From NCBI GenBank assembly GCA_008632985.1, contig QPGO01000090.1, positions 1 to 64,000 on the forward strand: a stretch of 64,000 bases of DNA, given 5' to 3'. The notes beneath the pieces were generated by a model. The model worked only from the letters and a program-made list of their open reading frames with translations, had not been told where the DNA came from and made no database searches. The translations under genes and the position numbers were made by a program. Below are positions 1-12,743 of this stretch, one piece after another; position 1 is the first letter of the stretch; every line of letters starts with the position of its first letter. Source of the DNA: Psammoneis japonica. Taxonomy: Eukaryota.

Positions 1-513
1 GCGATGGTTGACTCGTGGTCGCGGTAACACGTGTAGCTAATTATTGATCTTGGTTCGTTCGCGACTCTCAGTCGTGGTTCATGTCTTGTGAAATTTATTA
101 GTCGCTCACTCATTCCTTTGCACAGTCCCGAATGACTAACTTTTCAATTCAAGAATGGGACTGCCGAGAGAGATGATTGCCAAGATACTTCTCTACATAC
201 TAAGAGCACCAACCTTGAATGACGTTGAAGCAAGTAATGTACAAGAATTGGACAAGCAGCAGGCAGTGTTGCGTGTTGCTGGTGTGATGTGGTCCAGCTC
301 GAGCTCTGCGAGCTCCCTTCTCCACTTCCTGTGAGATCGCCAATCTCAAATCGCCAAAAAATGTGAGGCATTCTCAGTTCAGCTTGCTGTCGTCGACTGC
401 TGTACAGTAAAATGGCAAGAATTAATTGCTGCTGCTACGTTGAGTTGTCACTGATCTTGTTCAATGCATCATGGTGCGACACCGAATGGCTGGGGTGTTT
501 ATGATCTTAGTGC

Positions 514-1842
514 TTGTTTTTCCGATTTGTTACCTTTGTGGTAGATGTTCTTTCTACGATGAGGTTTTTGAATGCGGCAGAAACAACAACGCGTGCTAGA
601 TCAGCAGAATCCGCTTCTACTAATAAGAACAAGACAATTATACATACGCTCAACCTCTCCGATACTACTATACAAAAAGTGGATGACAAGCAGCTTGACT
701 ACGCTTCAAAGACACGTAGAGTCCGGACAAGGAACGGAATACAAATTAATCTTGGAATCGACATTGTGAATTCTACGGATGATAGTGGTCTCGATTACTG
801 GCCCGAGGTACCGCCAGAGCTGTACGAGAAATTGTCACGTGCTTTTGAGCCGTGGTCTTCCAATTATTCTTGGTGCGAAGCACAAGACAATTTCTACGAT
901 GATGCTACACCGGCCGGAATCCTTTTCGTCAAGGTGCCGAAAGCGGCGTCATCCACCTTGGCGGGTATAGTCTTGAGAATTGCGCATGGTCGATATGGAG
1001 GCGAAAATCAAATCTGCACAACCAAACATAATCATGTTTGGAACCCAAGCAAGTACAGTCGCCGTGATCCGAACAAATCATTCATGTTTGGCAATGTGCG
1101 TGACGTGGTCTCCCGAGAGCTAAGTCAGATTTCCTATCGATACGCCAGGAGCGGCCCCGATGCCGCAGGAATAACACAGCCCATGCTATTGGAAGCTTTG
1201 AAAAGTAGTCCTCATTTTGATTTGCAAAGGTTTCGGCGAGATCTTTCAGACCTAGGGTTCCAGCTTGGCTATCTCAGCATGACTCACATCAATGAGGATA
1301 GCGCGACCAACATTCAGCCTCTCCTTCCGACAACCACCATTTCCCTCCAAATGGTTCAGAGACGTGTAGAACGACTTATTCAAGACTATGATTTCATAAC
1401 TGTCACGGAACGAATGGACGAGTCGCTTGTTGCATTGCAACTCATATTGAACTTGGATGCGCACGATCTGTTGTATCTACCAACCAAAGTCTCTGGTAGC
1501 TATGCTCCTCGCAATAATGAGTGCGTCAATGTTCATAAAGTACAGCCATCACCTCAAGTGAGTGCTTACCTGCAGTCCACAGAATGGTATACAAGAAACT
1601 ACGGAGATTATTTGCTGTATAAGGCAGTCAATGCCAGTTTGGACAAGACGATTCAACAACTAGGCCAAGAACGATTCAATGTTGCACTTGCTTACTATCG
1701 GCAACTTCTTCATGAGGCACATGCACAGTGCAGTGACGAGGCAATTTTCCCGTGTTCTGCAAATGGCACCCTTCGAACTGACACCAACTGCTACTTTCGT
1801 GATTTTGGTTGTGGATACCCGTGTCTAGACCAAATTCGATGA
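514..1842 (+). CDS. Sulfotransferase, galactose-3-O-sulfotransferase-like
   Basis: 442-aa ORF with a 5'-PAPS-binding-like motif FVKVPKAASST, plus YDFITVTERMDESLVAL and DYLLYKAVN segments typical of the family. The true start may be ATG 471, whose frame gives a hydrophobic anchor (MAGVFMILVLVFPICYL); that would need a frameshift near 560-600. Confidence 0.7.
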   Translation: MFFRFVTFVVDVLSTMRFLNAAETTTRARSAESASTNKNKTIIHTLNLSDTTIQKVDDKQLDYASKTRRVRTRNGIQINLGIDIVNSTDDSGLDYWPEVPPELYEKLSRAFEPWSSNYSWCEAQDNFYDDATPAGILFVKVPKAASSTLAGIVLRIAHGRYGGENQICTTKHNHVWNPSKYSRRDPNKSFMFGNVRDVVSRELSQISYRYARSGPDAAGITQPMLLEALKSSPHFDLQRFRRDLSDLGFQLGYLSMTHINEDSATNIQPLLPTTTISLQMVQRRVERLIQDYDFITVTERMDESLVALQLILNLDAHDLLYLPTKVSGSYAPRNNECVNVHKVQPSPQVSAYLQSTEWYTRNYGDYLLYKAVNASLDKTIQQLGQERFNVALAYYRQLLHEAHAQCSDEAIFPCSANGTLRTDTNCYFRDFGCGYPCLDQIR

Positions 1843-2145
1843 ATCCCCGCGCATGGAATCTTCTAGATAATTGTCAATTTGAAATGGCGAAAGTTTCGGA
1901 GATCCCCATCCATTAAAAATTGTTTGCTTCGAGGTCAGTAGAGTGCCTCCTATTTTTTGGCGTTCTTGTGAGAAACCAGAACAGTGACGAAGTTTCCCTC
2001 GGAAGCGTGGTCTTGTCCTCCGAATTCCAGGTTGACTCATTATTTTGTCCTTTCAAACTCCGCAGCTGCGGGACGTTCAAGAATAGCTGACAAAATGACA
2101 GAAAAAGCTAGTTTTATCCAGTTATCAATTTATTTGCTCTGATCT

Positions 2146-4208
2146 CTATTGTAACTCAAAGACCTGCACATTACCAGCGTTATCCGGGGCTCCAACAGCG
2201 AGTGTTGTTCCATCTGTGGACAGTGATACAGAGGCTCCAAATGCATCGTCGGCTAGTCCCCCGAGCTCTTGGCCCAACGGCAGCCAGGTGTTTCCATCAG
2301 CATCAAATTGAAAGACCCGAACGTAGCCTTGTCGTCCTGTAGATGATTCGTCAGCCCCTATTGCAATGATGCGGCCATCATCAGATAGCGATACGGAATC
2401 TCCAAAGTCATCATTATCATCACTGCCCTCTAATTCTTGCCCAAGTCGCGTCCACGTCGAGCTGTCCCACTTGTAGGTGTGGACATATCCCGCATTTCCG
2501 TTCGCTCCGACTGCAACTACCATGCCGTCGGCAGATATATCAACTGAATAACCCAGCTGAGCACCTGACACATCGCCGTTAATCGGATTTCCCATTTGAA
2601 CCCATTGTTGCTCTTGCTCTTCCAAGCTGTACACACGAACTTGGCCGGAGTTACTGCCACCGGAGCTGCGGACACCGTCGTCATTATAGAAAGCTCCTAC
2701 CGCAACAACGCTGCCGTCAGCAGAAATGGCCACCGAAGAACCTGACCGATCACCCACATTCTGTCCCTTGATGCTGTCTCCCACCTTGACAAAATCATCT
2801 GGGCCGCCAGCGAGGATCGACGGCGAAAAACTTGAACGTGGCCCGAGTCGCTGCCGTTTTCGTCATTCCTTAACGCCCCAACGGCCAGCACGAGCCCATT
2901 CTTTGAAAGTGTCACAGCATATCCAAAGCCATCCCCAGAAGCTTGGCCATACAGGGTTTCCCCCACCTGGCTCCAGCCTTGGAGTACGTTGGAGTCTTGA
3001 TCAAAGATACGCACGTGGCCTCGGTCAGAATCGACGTCGCCGTCCGCGCCGTCATTTCGAGGGGCTCCCACAGCTACTGTTTTGCCATCACCTGATAGGG
3101 AGACAGACCATCCTGACCAATCACCTGTGATGTCACCGTCAATGTCTAGTCCCCATTGTTGCCAGATTTGACCAAAACGCCGGTAAACTCTGGTGTGTCC
3201 GGGAGAATTGCCATCTTCATCAACTGAAATGGCAGCGCCTATTGCTAGGACGGTTCCGTCACTAGAAAGAGAAACTGATCTGCCTGATCTGCCTCCTCGT
3301 GACTCGCCAGCAATGTCTTCTCCAATCTTTGTCCATGTTCCATTGAGAAGTTCGAAACTGGTGGGCTGTGGTGAAGAAGCTGGCGTTGGAGAAGGAGTGG
3401 GTTCTCCAGTGGTAGGGCTGGCGGTTGACGGAGGTGAGGGAGGAGAAGTGGGTGTCACCGATGCTGTTGAAGGTGAAGGAGTCGAAGGAGAAACGGTCGT
3501 TGGTTGAGTCGTCGTGGGTAAGCTGGGCATGGTCGGCGATGCGGTTGTTTGGTTCACAGTTGCACCCCCCGCACCACCGTCGTCGCCTTTCAAAGCAAAT
3601 CCAAGAACGCCACCAAGGACAGCCGCCATGACAACAATGGTAGCAACAAACATAAATTGATTCCTCGGTTTTGCCCAGCAGTTTTCCTTGGGAGCCTCCG
3701 TAGCAGCGACAATGGGAGCTGAAGTCTGACCTTCTTCGACCAGTTGAGCTTCTGCAACAATGTCGCCGCGCTGCTCTTCTGCTACTGATCCACCAATAAC
3801 GACTGTACTATTCTCGTGTACTTGAGGGCCGCTGGGTCCATCAACATGGAATGCCCCTGGGGCTGGCGGATCGTCGGTAACAGCGGTGTTCGTAGCGAAG
3901 TTGTGATCCAAATCAGCAGCAGGTTCAGATGAGCCCTTGGCGGTATTAACGGCATCTGATATTTCTTCATTTCCGTCGCTTTGCGTGGGAAAGGAGGCCA
4001 CTCCTGGTCTCCATTTATTATTGTATTTTTCAAAGTGAGCCGTTGGTCTTCGGGTCGATAGACCTTCGTCGGGCTGATGTACGCGTCCACTCTGTCCTGC
4101 TGTCGTACTTCCTACAGCATTCGAAGACGCTGTTGACACTCCTTCGCTACCTTGGTTGCCGCTTTTCGGCTCAGAAACCGTCGGCTTGAGAGATTGATCG
4201 ACCGGCAT
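2146..4208 (-). CDS. Single-pass membrane protein with P/T-rich stalk and FG-GAP-like beta-propeller repeats
   Basis: ORFs 2697-4208 and 2146-2784 join through a 1-nt frameshift near 2800-2820. TM helix FMFVATIVVMAAVLGGVLGFAL, PT/PS stalk, then about six repeats of G(D)xxGxSVSLSxDGxxxAVGA...GHVRVF. Confidence 0.75.
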
Positions 4209-4439
4209 ATTAGAGATGAAATGATAAGATGTTTTTGGTCTTTAGACTGTCAAGAAAGAGAGAATGGTGTGAGTGAATGGATAAGTTCTGAAGTCAAAGG
4301 AAGAAGTTGCAAAAAATGAGTTCGCATCACAAGTTCGAGTTCTCATTTTGAATATTGTATCTTGTCGAAATCTCCGAAATAAAGTCCGAAACTTGAAAGG
4401 TCTGTCGTTCATCAGGATTTCGCGACTTGGCTCGCCTGC

Positions 4440-7060
4440 TTGCATTCGTCGATGGGCCATGGAACCACGGTCATGTTTCAAGTTGTCAGAGAATTTGAAC
4501 AATGGGGACCTTGGACTTACATTTCTGTGGGACACAGGTTGTTTCAAGCCCGTTGCAAGAGTGAATCTGGCAGGCACGACCTCCAACACGCAGGTTGGTG
4601 CCTCAACTCTTGACTCAGTCACTTGCCTCAAAAACAAGTCTCTCTGCTTTGGCAAAGGCAGAGCCTTCACTCCACACTCACGCAAACATTGAAAAAGTTT
4701 CATTGCCAAGTTGGAGTGGTCTTGTCCTCTTGGTTCCAGCAGCAGCACTCTTCATCCTCTCCTGATCAAACAGGAGAGAAACACCAAGGCCAGCAAAGAG
4801 CAAAGTTCTTGTTGCGCTCTGCACAGACGAGCAAAATGATCTCCCCTCCCTTTTCTGGAGAGCCTGCCCCACATGGCTTCCCACTTGTGGGCCATCCACA
4901 CAGCATCCTCAAAGAATGTTTCAAAATGTGAACAGCAAAAATGACAGCCCAAACAAGAGATGTCGCAGAGGAAAAAGAAGAAAGCCACTGTGCCCCTGCT
5001 GCTGCCGTTGACAAACCCACATGCATCTGGCCTTGGAAAAGCCAAGATCTGGCATCCAAGAGGCACACCATGAGGCACATTCAACCCCATGTCACCTTGG
5101 TTGCTGCCAATGGAAGCTGCGCACTTGTGACGGCAATCGAACATTTTCAAAAAATCATGTGCCCACTTGCCTTGCATCTCAAATGCAACTTTTTGGCCTC
5201 ACATTTTCCTGGCAACAATCCATGAGTTTCTCTAAATTGTCCAAACATGTGTGTGCCAAGACCAGCAGAGTGGTCCAGTCAATCAATGCCGGCTGGTTGA
5301 GACATCTTGCATTGCCAAGATGCGCCACACCAGCACAAAACACTGAAAAAGGCTGGGCACTGCTCTTCTTGCTGCTCATCTGCCTTGTGCCATTGCAGTC
5401 TGTTCTGACTCAGGAGATGATGGATCATTGAACAGAAGCAGGGGATGCTGCAGCCCTCAACACTGTTTGCAGCTCACGGGTGATGAGACGTTTGTTTCTT
5501 CTGTCATCATTGAACTCTGGCTGGGTGCAGCCATGCAGAGCTTTGTTCTTGTGCTTTGCACTTTCCCTTTTGCAAAAAATGTGTGCAAAATTTTAGTTCA
5601 TCATCTCATGAGCTTCAACGTGCTCACAAAATGACAACACTTTAGAGTTGCGCATGTTGGCACACCACAAAATTGACAATGGCTGAGTCACCAGATGGCG
5701 AGTGACCACACCACTGAAAGTGGGAAGATCCGCCACCAGAGCTCCAACAAGAGCTTTAGCTGACCAGGCCCAGTTGGTCTTTCTCGTTTGACACCAGTCC
5801 CACAGACAAAGGGAGTGGAAGAAATGACATTTCTTGACAAAGATGATGAGGAAGAACAGCCATTGTCACATCGCCTGGGGGGTGGGGGTCATTTTGGGTG
5901 GCCACAACAGGGATGGTGATGGTGTGCGGCAATTCATCCCAGCTTGGAATGAGAGGCCTGGGTGGTTGGCCTTGCAGCAGAGTCTCTGAAAAATTTCAGC
6001 CAGCTGGCATCCCTCCAGCAGTGCCAACTGGCCATGTTGGCTGCAGACCTCTTCTTCTTTTTGCCTGATGTGGGTTGTTGATTTGATGAAGCAATGCATG
6101 TGCCAGAAAGCCCACTGGATCCATTCTCACACAGCGCCATTGGCCCTTCAGCAAGGACAATTGCCAGTTTGTGGGAAGATTGGGGGCTGCAGCTCTTGCC
6201 CCAGAGATGGTGTGTGCCATGCATGTGCCAGCTCCCAAGAACAACAGGATCATTTTGAGATGCAACAAGTTGTGGAGCAGTCTCAGCTGTGCTCTGCCTC
6301 ACTGCTGCAGCCCTGCTCCTTCATGGCATTTGTGATCCTTCAGCTTGCTCATGAAAATGACAAACAAAATCAACATTTCATGCCAGAGATTGGCAAACAT
6401 CAAAAATCTCAAAAATGGGCACCTCATTGTGACAGCCATGTGGCATCATAACAGCAAGAAAGACCAATGAAGAGGGGCTCTCAGGAGCCAAAGAAATGAA
6501 AGTGACAAAATTTCTCATCACACCACATGGAACAAAGAGAGAGTGTCTGCAGTGACTTGAGAATTTGGCCACAGGAGGAACAGCATCCACGGTGGTCACA
6601 TCCCATTGGCAATGACTAGTTTGACTTTGCTGTGACATCATTTTCTTTGGTTCTTGTGCCGGAGAGCACCATGAGATGCCACCATGACCTTGCTGCCATG
6701 TTGTGGAAACTCAGCTTCCTCTGTGAATCATTTGGGTGCTTCAACAAGGCTGCTGCAATGAGAGCAACTCCTGAATTTTGGCAGCAAGTGACAAACTGCT
6801 TCAGGAGATTAAAAAGTGGACTGTTCTTCTGAGCTTGTGATCTCAGAGAGTGTCAATGAATTAATTCAGTCAGAAGCAACAATGTGAGCTGTGGAGACCA
6901 TGCAGCCTTCAACGACGGTGTTGGTGCACGACTGTGGTGACCCCGCAAATGTGAAGCTGTCTTCTGCGCTGTCAGCCTTGGCCATGACTCGGACCACCGG
7001 TCACATTGGATCATCATCAACAACAAGTGAGGATGAGATGGCTCGCACTCAGCCTCCGTG
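4440..7060. other. TpA/CpG-depleted degenerate block (unidentified repeat or gene relic)
   Basis: TA and CG dinucleotides are nearly absent and many overlapping Tyr-free ORFs occur. No termini or protein family recognised. Boundaries approximate. Confidence 0.6.
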
Positions 7061-7306
7061 GCGAAGTATCATCTCAAATCTTACCAAAATCGTTGATAAC
7101 GAGCCTGCAACTAAAAAGAAAATGAAAGGATAAAGGCACCGTAGACTACGATACGACTAGTTGTAGGATTCGATTCGTGTCTCCTCTAGAGTAGTTCCAT
7201 TCTTTCTGTCCAGAAAAGTGCTCATTGCATCTATGCATTTTTCAAGTAGAGCGATTCGTCGATCGCCATTTCATTGCAATAGCACATATTATCACCCCAA
7301 CATCAT

Positions 7307-10300
7307 TCACCGACCCCCATCTTCAATTGACTCTGTTAACAACTCAAGCATACGGTCAAAACCAATGTTATGCCACATTTGTTGCCACGCATTGTCGAGA
7401 TCCGGTGCGCCTTCTGGCCGGCGTGCTACTGTATGCATCTGTTCAGGACTTGCGCCATATGGAAACATGCCCGCCTTTTCTGCTCGTCCGTGCATTGCTT
7501 GGAGTTCTTCTTCTGACATGTTTGGATCACGGCTCATAAAGTTTATCCCCTCAAAGACACGAACACCCCCGCGCTCCAGGCATTGGAACTGAATAGCCTC
7601 CTTGTATTCGCCTACCATTGCCCGAACAAAACATGATTAACAATAATTATTGATCACTTTCAAAACGAGTGCTTTCAACATCGGATGCATGGGCGACACA
7701 AGACGTACCTGTCACTGGGTCTTTCTTAACATCAACAATGTAGTTTGGGAACTCAACACCGAAGCCGCTCTCTCGCAACACTCCGGGAGGGTCTTTCTCG
7801 TCCACACGTCCGAAGAGGAAATAGTGAGCACCATTGGCTACTGGAGATTTGTCCCATGAAAGGGGGGCTGCGTCCGGAGCGGGGCCCTTTACTGCGAAAT
7901 CATCTATCCAACCTTTTCCATCAGGAGTAAGCTGAAAAGCAAGGCGAGAACCCCGGTTCAGAGTTCCTTCTCATACGCGACATTGCTACATTAAACAATC
8001 AGACTCTCACCTTTATTCCGAGAGTAGTGTCGTACACCTCCTTGAATTGAGTCCAATCATGGAATTTGTGCTCATACCATTTGCCTTGGTATTTTTGAAT
8101 ATCAAAGTTGTCCATTGAAGGTTGTCGCACCTCATCGTAGGCTGGGCAGCCCTTTACAACTTGACCTTTATAGCTATCGTCAAGTGCAAGGTTAAAGTCG
8201 CCAAGCCCAGCCTGCCCATCAAGGCCAGCTCCAATGTAAGTGAAAAAAGCGGCGACCGCTGCAATGTTTACAGCATTTCGAATCTGACCAAGTCCGGTTA
8301 AAGCAGAAGATAAGGGAATTAGGAATCAGCATGTGAACCAATGATCGATGACAAATCGTTGACCTACCTGCTTTGACGTCGCAACAGCATATATCACAGC
8401 GGCGTTCCCGGCAAGGAATGTAGCCGGAACCAAATCCGCAATCTTTGGCCCGGGGCTTCCGTGAAGTACATCGCTAAGCGCTAAGATGGGCTGCAGGATC
8501 GGATGCCCGACCGCGAAAAATATCCAAAAGTTGAGCGCCGCCCAGAAATCATGGGGATCCGAAACATTTTCTTTCATTTGCATTACTTTCTGGAAAAAGT
8601 CCACCCAAGCACCACCATGTGAGGCAACGGCTGCGAGACCAATAAAAGACGCCGCAATAGTAAGCGTATTCTCAGGAAGAGCTGATAGTGCGCTTGAAAT
8701 AGCCCCATTCTCAGTCACTTCAACCTTCTTGGTTCCTGACACTATCTCCAGCACATCCATGAACGCATCTGCAAATTCCTTATTCGTTTCTTCGCTCACA
8801 ATTGGATAAGCTGGATGGAATGTACACTTCATCTCTCCATCTACGGTCATTGTAGAAGCTTGATACAGGCACCCCGAGCGTGCATGCGACACGGCAAAGA
8901 ACACATCTTCGACTTTATACTTTCCATGCTTGTTCTGTACAGGTCCGAAAAAAAGCAGAATAATTAGATGACGAAATGAAAGCTCCTTTATCCTGCATTA
9001 CACGTTTCAATTGATTACCTTGATAGTATCCCTTTCATCGTCACCTTGGCGACGAACCGCGCGTTGCCTCTCATATACACCGACATTGGAGATTCCAGCA
9101 CTGTAAGCCCGGCCTTGGCTATCTTTGGATTGTGCGGTAAGGTAAACCAAATTGTTCATGTCACTGATAGTCATGGCAAAGTCAAAGACACGGACAGCAT
9201 TCTGTGGACCCTCAGATTCAACAAATGCTTTCGTTTGTTTCTTTCCATCCCTTGCTAGGTCCCAGAAGCTCTTGAGCTTTTCACTCGACGGGTTCGATCG
9301 AAGGCTCTTTCCCGATCTATCGGGGAGTGGACCATGCATCAGGTCCATGCTGCCTGCCATACACGCGACCGTTTCGCCATCATCCAATTTCTCACCAAAT
9401 CGTCTCATGTCTAGAGCTTGAAGGATTTTGTAATTGCGCTTGTTTCCTTTCTTCTCCTTGCCATTGTCAATAAAGTCGGTTGAGGTCAATGTCATGGCAG
9501 CAGTTAGTGCGTTCGTAATTGTCACTCCATTTTCTCGACACTTCTCCAACAACGCCGATGTCGCTTCTTTAGGCAAGGTTCGGAACTCAAGGATAGACCT
9601 GCGTGCTTGGCTGCTTTGGTCCTCTCCCCCGGCAGCGTTTCCAGATATCGTGGAGAGTGCACCAAGAATGCCACCGCCGCTCTTTTTGTCGGAATCGGGA
9701 AGAATTACAGGACTCTTGAAGCCTTCAGCTGCCTTACCAGCAACATAAGAGATCGTTTTCAAAGACATGTCAGACGTCTGAACGTCACTGAAACGGTGAT
9801 TCAAGCCAAGTACAGCATCTTCAAGCGCCATTGGCATGTCCTGCTTCACTGCCCTCTTCTCGATACTGTTGGCAGTGTCAAGCGCAGCAAGATTAGCAAT
9901 TATTTGATCAGTTAGCATATTCACCGTAGCTTGGTCAGAAATGGCATGGTTAAAGGAGAATAGCAACGCGCAAGGAGAGTCGGCGCCATTGACAGCCTTG
10001 AGTTTATGTAGTTCCATTTTCCACATTGGGCCTGATTCAGGGTCGCACCAACTACCATCGTCAAGATCCCGATTAAAAGCTTTTTCCCAGCTTTTGTACA
10101 AGTCATCACGATCATCTCCATCAACTTCCACGACTCTCAAAATATCCTCGCCTGAAAACTTAGCCTTGCCAGACACAAATGTACAAGGATTAGGTTCGCC
10201 ACTACGGACCATATTGAAGAGATCGATGCGTTTGTCAGGTTCGCCGTCACCTTCGACATGACAGGCCAAAAGAGGGTGACTATCCATGGCTTCCTCGATT

Positions 10301-10650
10301 GCTTTCTTTAACGCTGTCTCCGACGGTGTTGCGGATAAGATTGTGCAACTAACGTGATTCATCTGTGGAAATGTCACGTCGGCGTTCGGAGCATACTGGC
10401 GCGGAAGCATGAGGTTTTCTTGTGATCCCAAAACGCGGCGTTGCTCCACCTGATCCTTGGATGTCGTTTCATCAAGAGTTGCAAAGAACAAATCCTTTTC
10501 CGTCTTCTCAACCGTCGCATCTATTCGTGTTCCATCTGGCCTCGACATTGATTTTCTTCCAAGCATCGACGCAGGGCTAGAGAACGCCGACGCCACGGAC
10601 ACATTCTCGCAGATCAATAAAATGGCGGGAAAAACACCTCGTCGCTTCAT
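7307..10650 (-). CDS. Plastid-targeted fusion protein (~999 aa): condensation/alcohol-acetyltransferase-like domain, membrane segment, chloroplast-lipocalin-like domain
   Basis: Five exons: 10650-9019, 8934-8368, 8283-8011, 7931-7709, 7611-7307. All introns are GT-AG and the frame is preserved. Signal peptide followed by ASAF; HxxxD motif FNHAISDQ; lipocalin SCR1 motif FDIQKYQGKWYE. Confidence 0.75.
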
Positions 10651-11058
10651 TTTTATTTTTTTCACTTTGTCAAGCTGATCAGATCTTTCTGACGAGGCTC
10701 CCGCACTCGTATAATGATCAACCTTTCACCTTGAGCGTTCTGACACGCCAGTGAGAAACAACAACCGTTGTTGAAGTGCCAATCACTCAAATCTGCCTCC
10801 AACATCATCATCAGCTCATGTTGAAGTTCCAAGCTAAGCGGACGCGCGGTGGGGGCACACCGAAGATGATGACGAAAATGGGGTATGAGCGCAAAATGAA
10901 AAATGCTCGCTTGCGAATCTATCTAATAACTCTGTCTCTCTACTCTAGCTAGCTAGTAGTAGCTAGCTAGCTCTAGAGAGTACAGTAGAGAGAGGAACCT
11001 ATGACATTCTCCAAGAAATTGTTAGCAAAAGGTAGAGATAGTACGGAGCTTAGTTTGC

Positions 11059-11176
11059 ATGAAGCGATGCTGCTTGCTCCTCGCTGATTGCCTGCAGCTA
11101 CTCCTGTTGCAAGTGTGCGCTTCAACTCATCTGAACTGGAGCTGTTCCCCGAAACCTTTTCTTGCAAGCTGAGCTC
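11059..11176 (-). pseudogene. Duplicated 3' tail fragment of the INO1 gene
   Basis: Aligns by eye with 13889-14014. Translates as VSGNSSSSDELKRTLATGVAAG versus INO1 [23 protein letters not shown], with indels. Confidence 0.8.
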
Positions 11177-11423
11177 GCAAAACGGGAATCGAGGAGCATT
11201 GGAACTAAACATTGGTAACAAGTATATGGAATGCACTATTGCTAAAGACACCACGTGTCAAACTACAACATGAACCTAATATGTTTTACACTTTCACACA
11301 GAAGCAACAGCCGTTGCGCCACATCACGACAAGAAGGCATTGGCTGCACGTTCCGAAAGTGCAACATGCTCACACGGTATCCTAAAGGGTCACACAAAAT
11401 CTCCAGCAGTCTCAAGACCGCAC

Positions 11424-12743
11424 TTAATAGTAAGGCTTCTTGGGGCACGTGTTTGGTTCGCAATATCCGCCCTTGAACTTTCCTCCCTTCTTCCAGCACT
11501 TGGACTTGGAAAGCAACTTACACTTGCCAAACTTGAAGCAGCAGGCTCCAACCGGCTCGAGGGGACAGGTGTCCGGTTCGCAGACTGTCTTAAAACCAGC
11601 AAAGTCTCCTTTAACCTTGTTGCAGAACCTCTTCCTGACCTCGACACAAGAGTTGTCGTTCTTACAGCAAGCTCCATATGCTGCTGGGCACGTCGTCTTG
11701 CTACAAAGGTTGCCTTTACCACCATAGACACCTCCTTTCCGGAAGCAGGTTCCTTGCTTGAGGTTAAGGCAGTTGCCCTCTTCTTCAAAGCAACAAGATC
11801 CACGAAGTTCTTTTGGCTTCGGAGTAGGATAGTACGGCTTTGGATCAGGAGGATAGTACGGCTTTGGAGCAGGAGGATAGTGCGGCTCGGGCTTGTGAGC
11901 AGGAGGATAGTGCGGCTCGTAAGGCTTTGGAGCAGGAGGAGGATAGTACGGCTTGTAAGGCTTCGGGGTAGGGTAGGGAGTCGGCTTCGGGGTAGGGTAG
12001 GGAGTCGGCTTTGGCGTAGGGTAGGGAGTCGGCTTCGGCGTAGGGTAGGGAGTCGGCTTCGGCGTAGGGTAGGGAGTCGGCTTCGGCGTAGGGTAGGGAG
12101 TCGGCTTCGGGGTCGGGTAGGGAGTCGGCTTCGGGGTCGGGTAGGGCGTCGGCTTCGGGGTGGGGTAGGGCGTCGGCTTCGGGGTGGGGTAGGGCGTCGG
12201 CTTCGGGGTGGGGTAGGGCGTCGGCTTCGGCGTGGGGTAGGGCGTCGGCTTCGGCGTCGGGTAGGGCGTCGGCTTCGGGGTGGGGTAATACGTCGGCTTC
12301 GGCGTCGGTTTGTAATACGGGGTGTGAGGCTTGTGAGGCTTCGGCGTCGGTTTGTAATACGGGGTGGGAGGCTTGTGAGGCTTCGGCGTCGGTTTGTAAT
12401 ACGGGGTGTCAGGCTTGTGAGGCTTCGGCGTCGGTTTGTAATACGGGGTGGGAGGCTTGTGAGGCTTTTTCTTAGAATGGTCCTGTGTTGGGCACTTGTT
12501 GTAGGGCAAACATTCGGAGCCATTTCCTAAGTAGTAGCCACCCTGTCTCGCGCAATTTCCAGGCCTGAGGTCGAGACAATCTTTAGGTCCATACGTGAAG
12601 CAGCACGCTCCACGTAGTACATATCCCGCAAGCTCTCTGTCGACGACAGCTTCCTGCGAATCGTTGTACTTTGGGCTGTCCTCATGTCCGTTGACAGACA
12701 CCAAGTACCAAAGACTCACGATGGAGACGAAGGAGAACTTCAT
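11424..12743 (-). CDS. Secreted extensin-like Pro/Tyr/Lys/Thr-rich protein with Cys-rich GACC modules
   Basis: ATG 12743 gives signal peptide [19 protein letters not shown]. One GACC module, then ([14 protein letters not shown])n and (YPTPKPTP)n, then three G[A/S]CC modules. 439 aa. Confidence 0.8.
   Translation of the reverse strand: MKFSFVSIVSLWYLVSVNGHEDSPKYNDSQEAVVDRELAGYVLRGACCFTYGPKDCLDLRPGNCARQGGYYLGNGSECLPYNKCPTQDHSKKKPHKPPTPYYKPTPKPHKPDTPYYKPTPKPHKPPTPYYKPTPKPHKPHTPYYKPTPKPTYYPTPKPTPYPTPKPTPYPTPKPTPYPTPKPTPYPTPKPTPYPTPKPTPYPTPKPTPYPTPKPTPYPTPKPTPYPTPKPTPYPTPKPTPYPTPKPTPYPTPKPTPYPTPKPYKPYYPPPAPKPYEPHYPPAHKPEPHYPPAPKPYYPPDPKPYYPTPKPKELRGSCCFEEEGNCLNLKQGTCFRKGGVYGGKGNLCSKTTCPAAYGACCKNDNSCVEVRKRFCNKVKGDFAGFKTVCEPDTCPLEPVGACCFKFGKCKLLSKSKCWKKGGKFKGGYCEPNTCPKKPYY
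11960..12465 (-). repeat. Coding tandem repeats, 24-bp (YPTPKPTP) and 42-bp units
   Basis: Visible tandem units such as ggcttcggcgtagggtagggagtc. Confidence 0.9.

Noticed and set aside
11340..12530. Arg-rich ORFs of 396 and 377 aa
   Set aside because: Antisense and alternate-frame shadows of the Pro-rich repeat gene.
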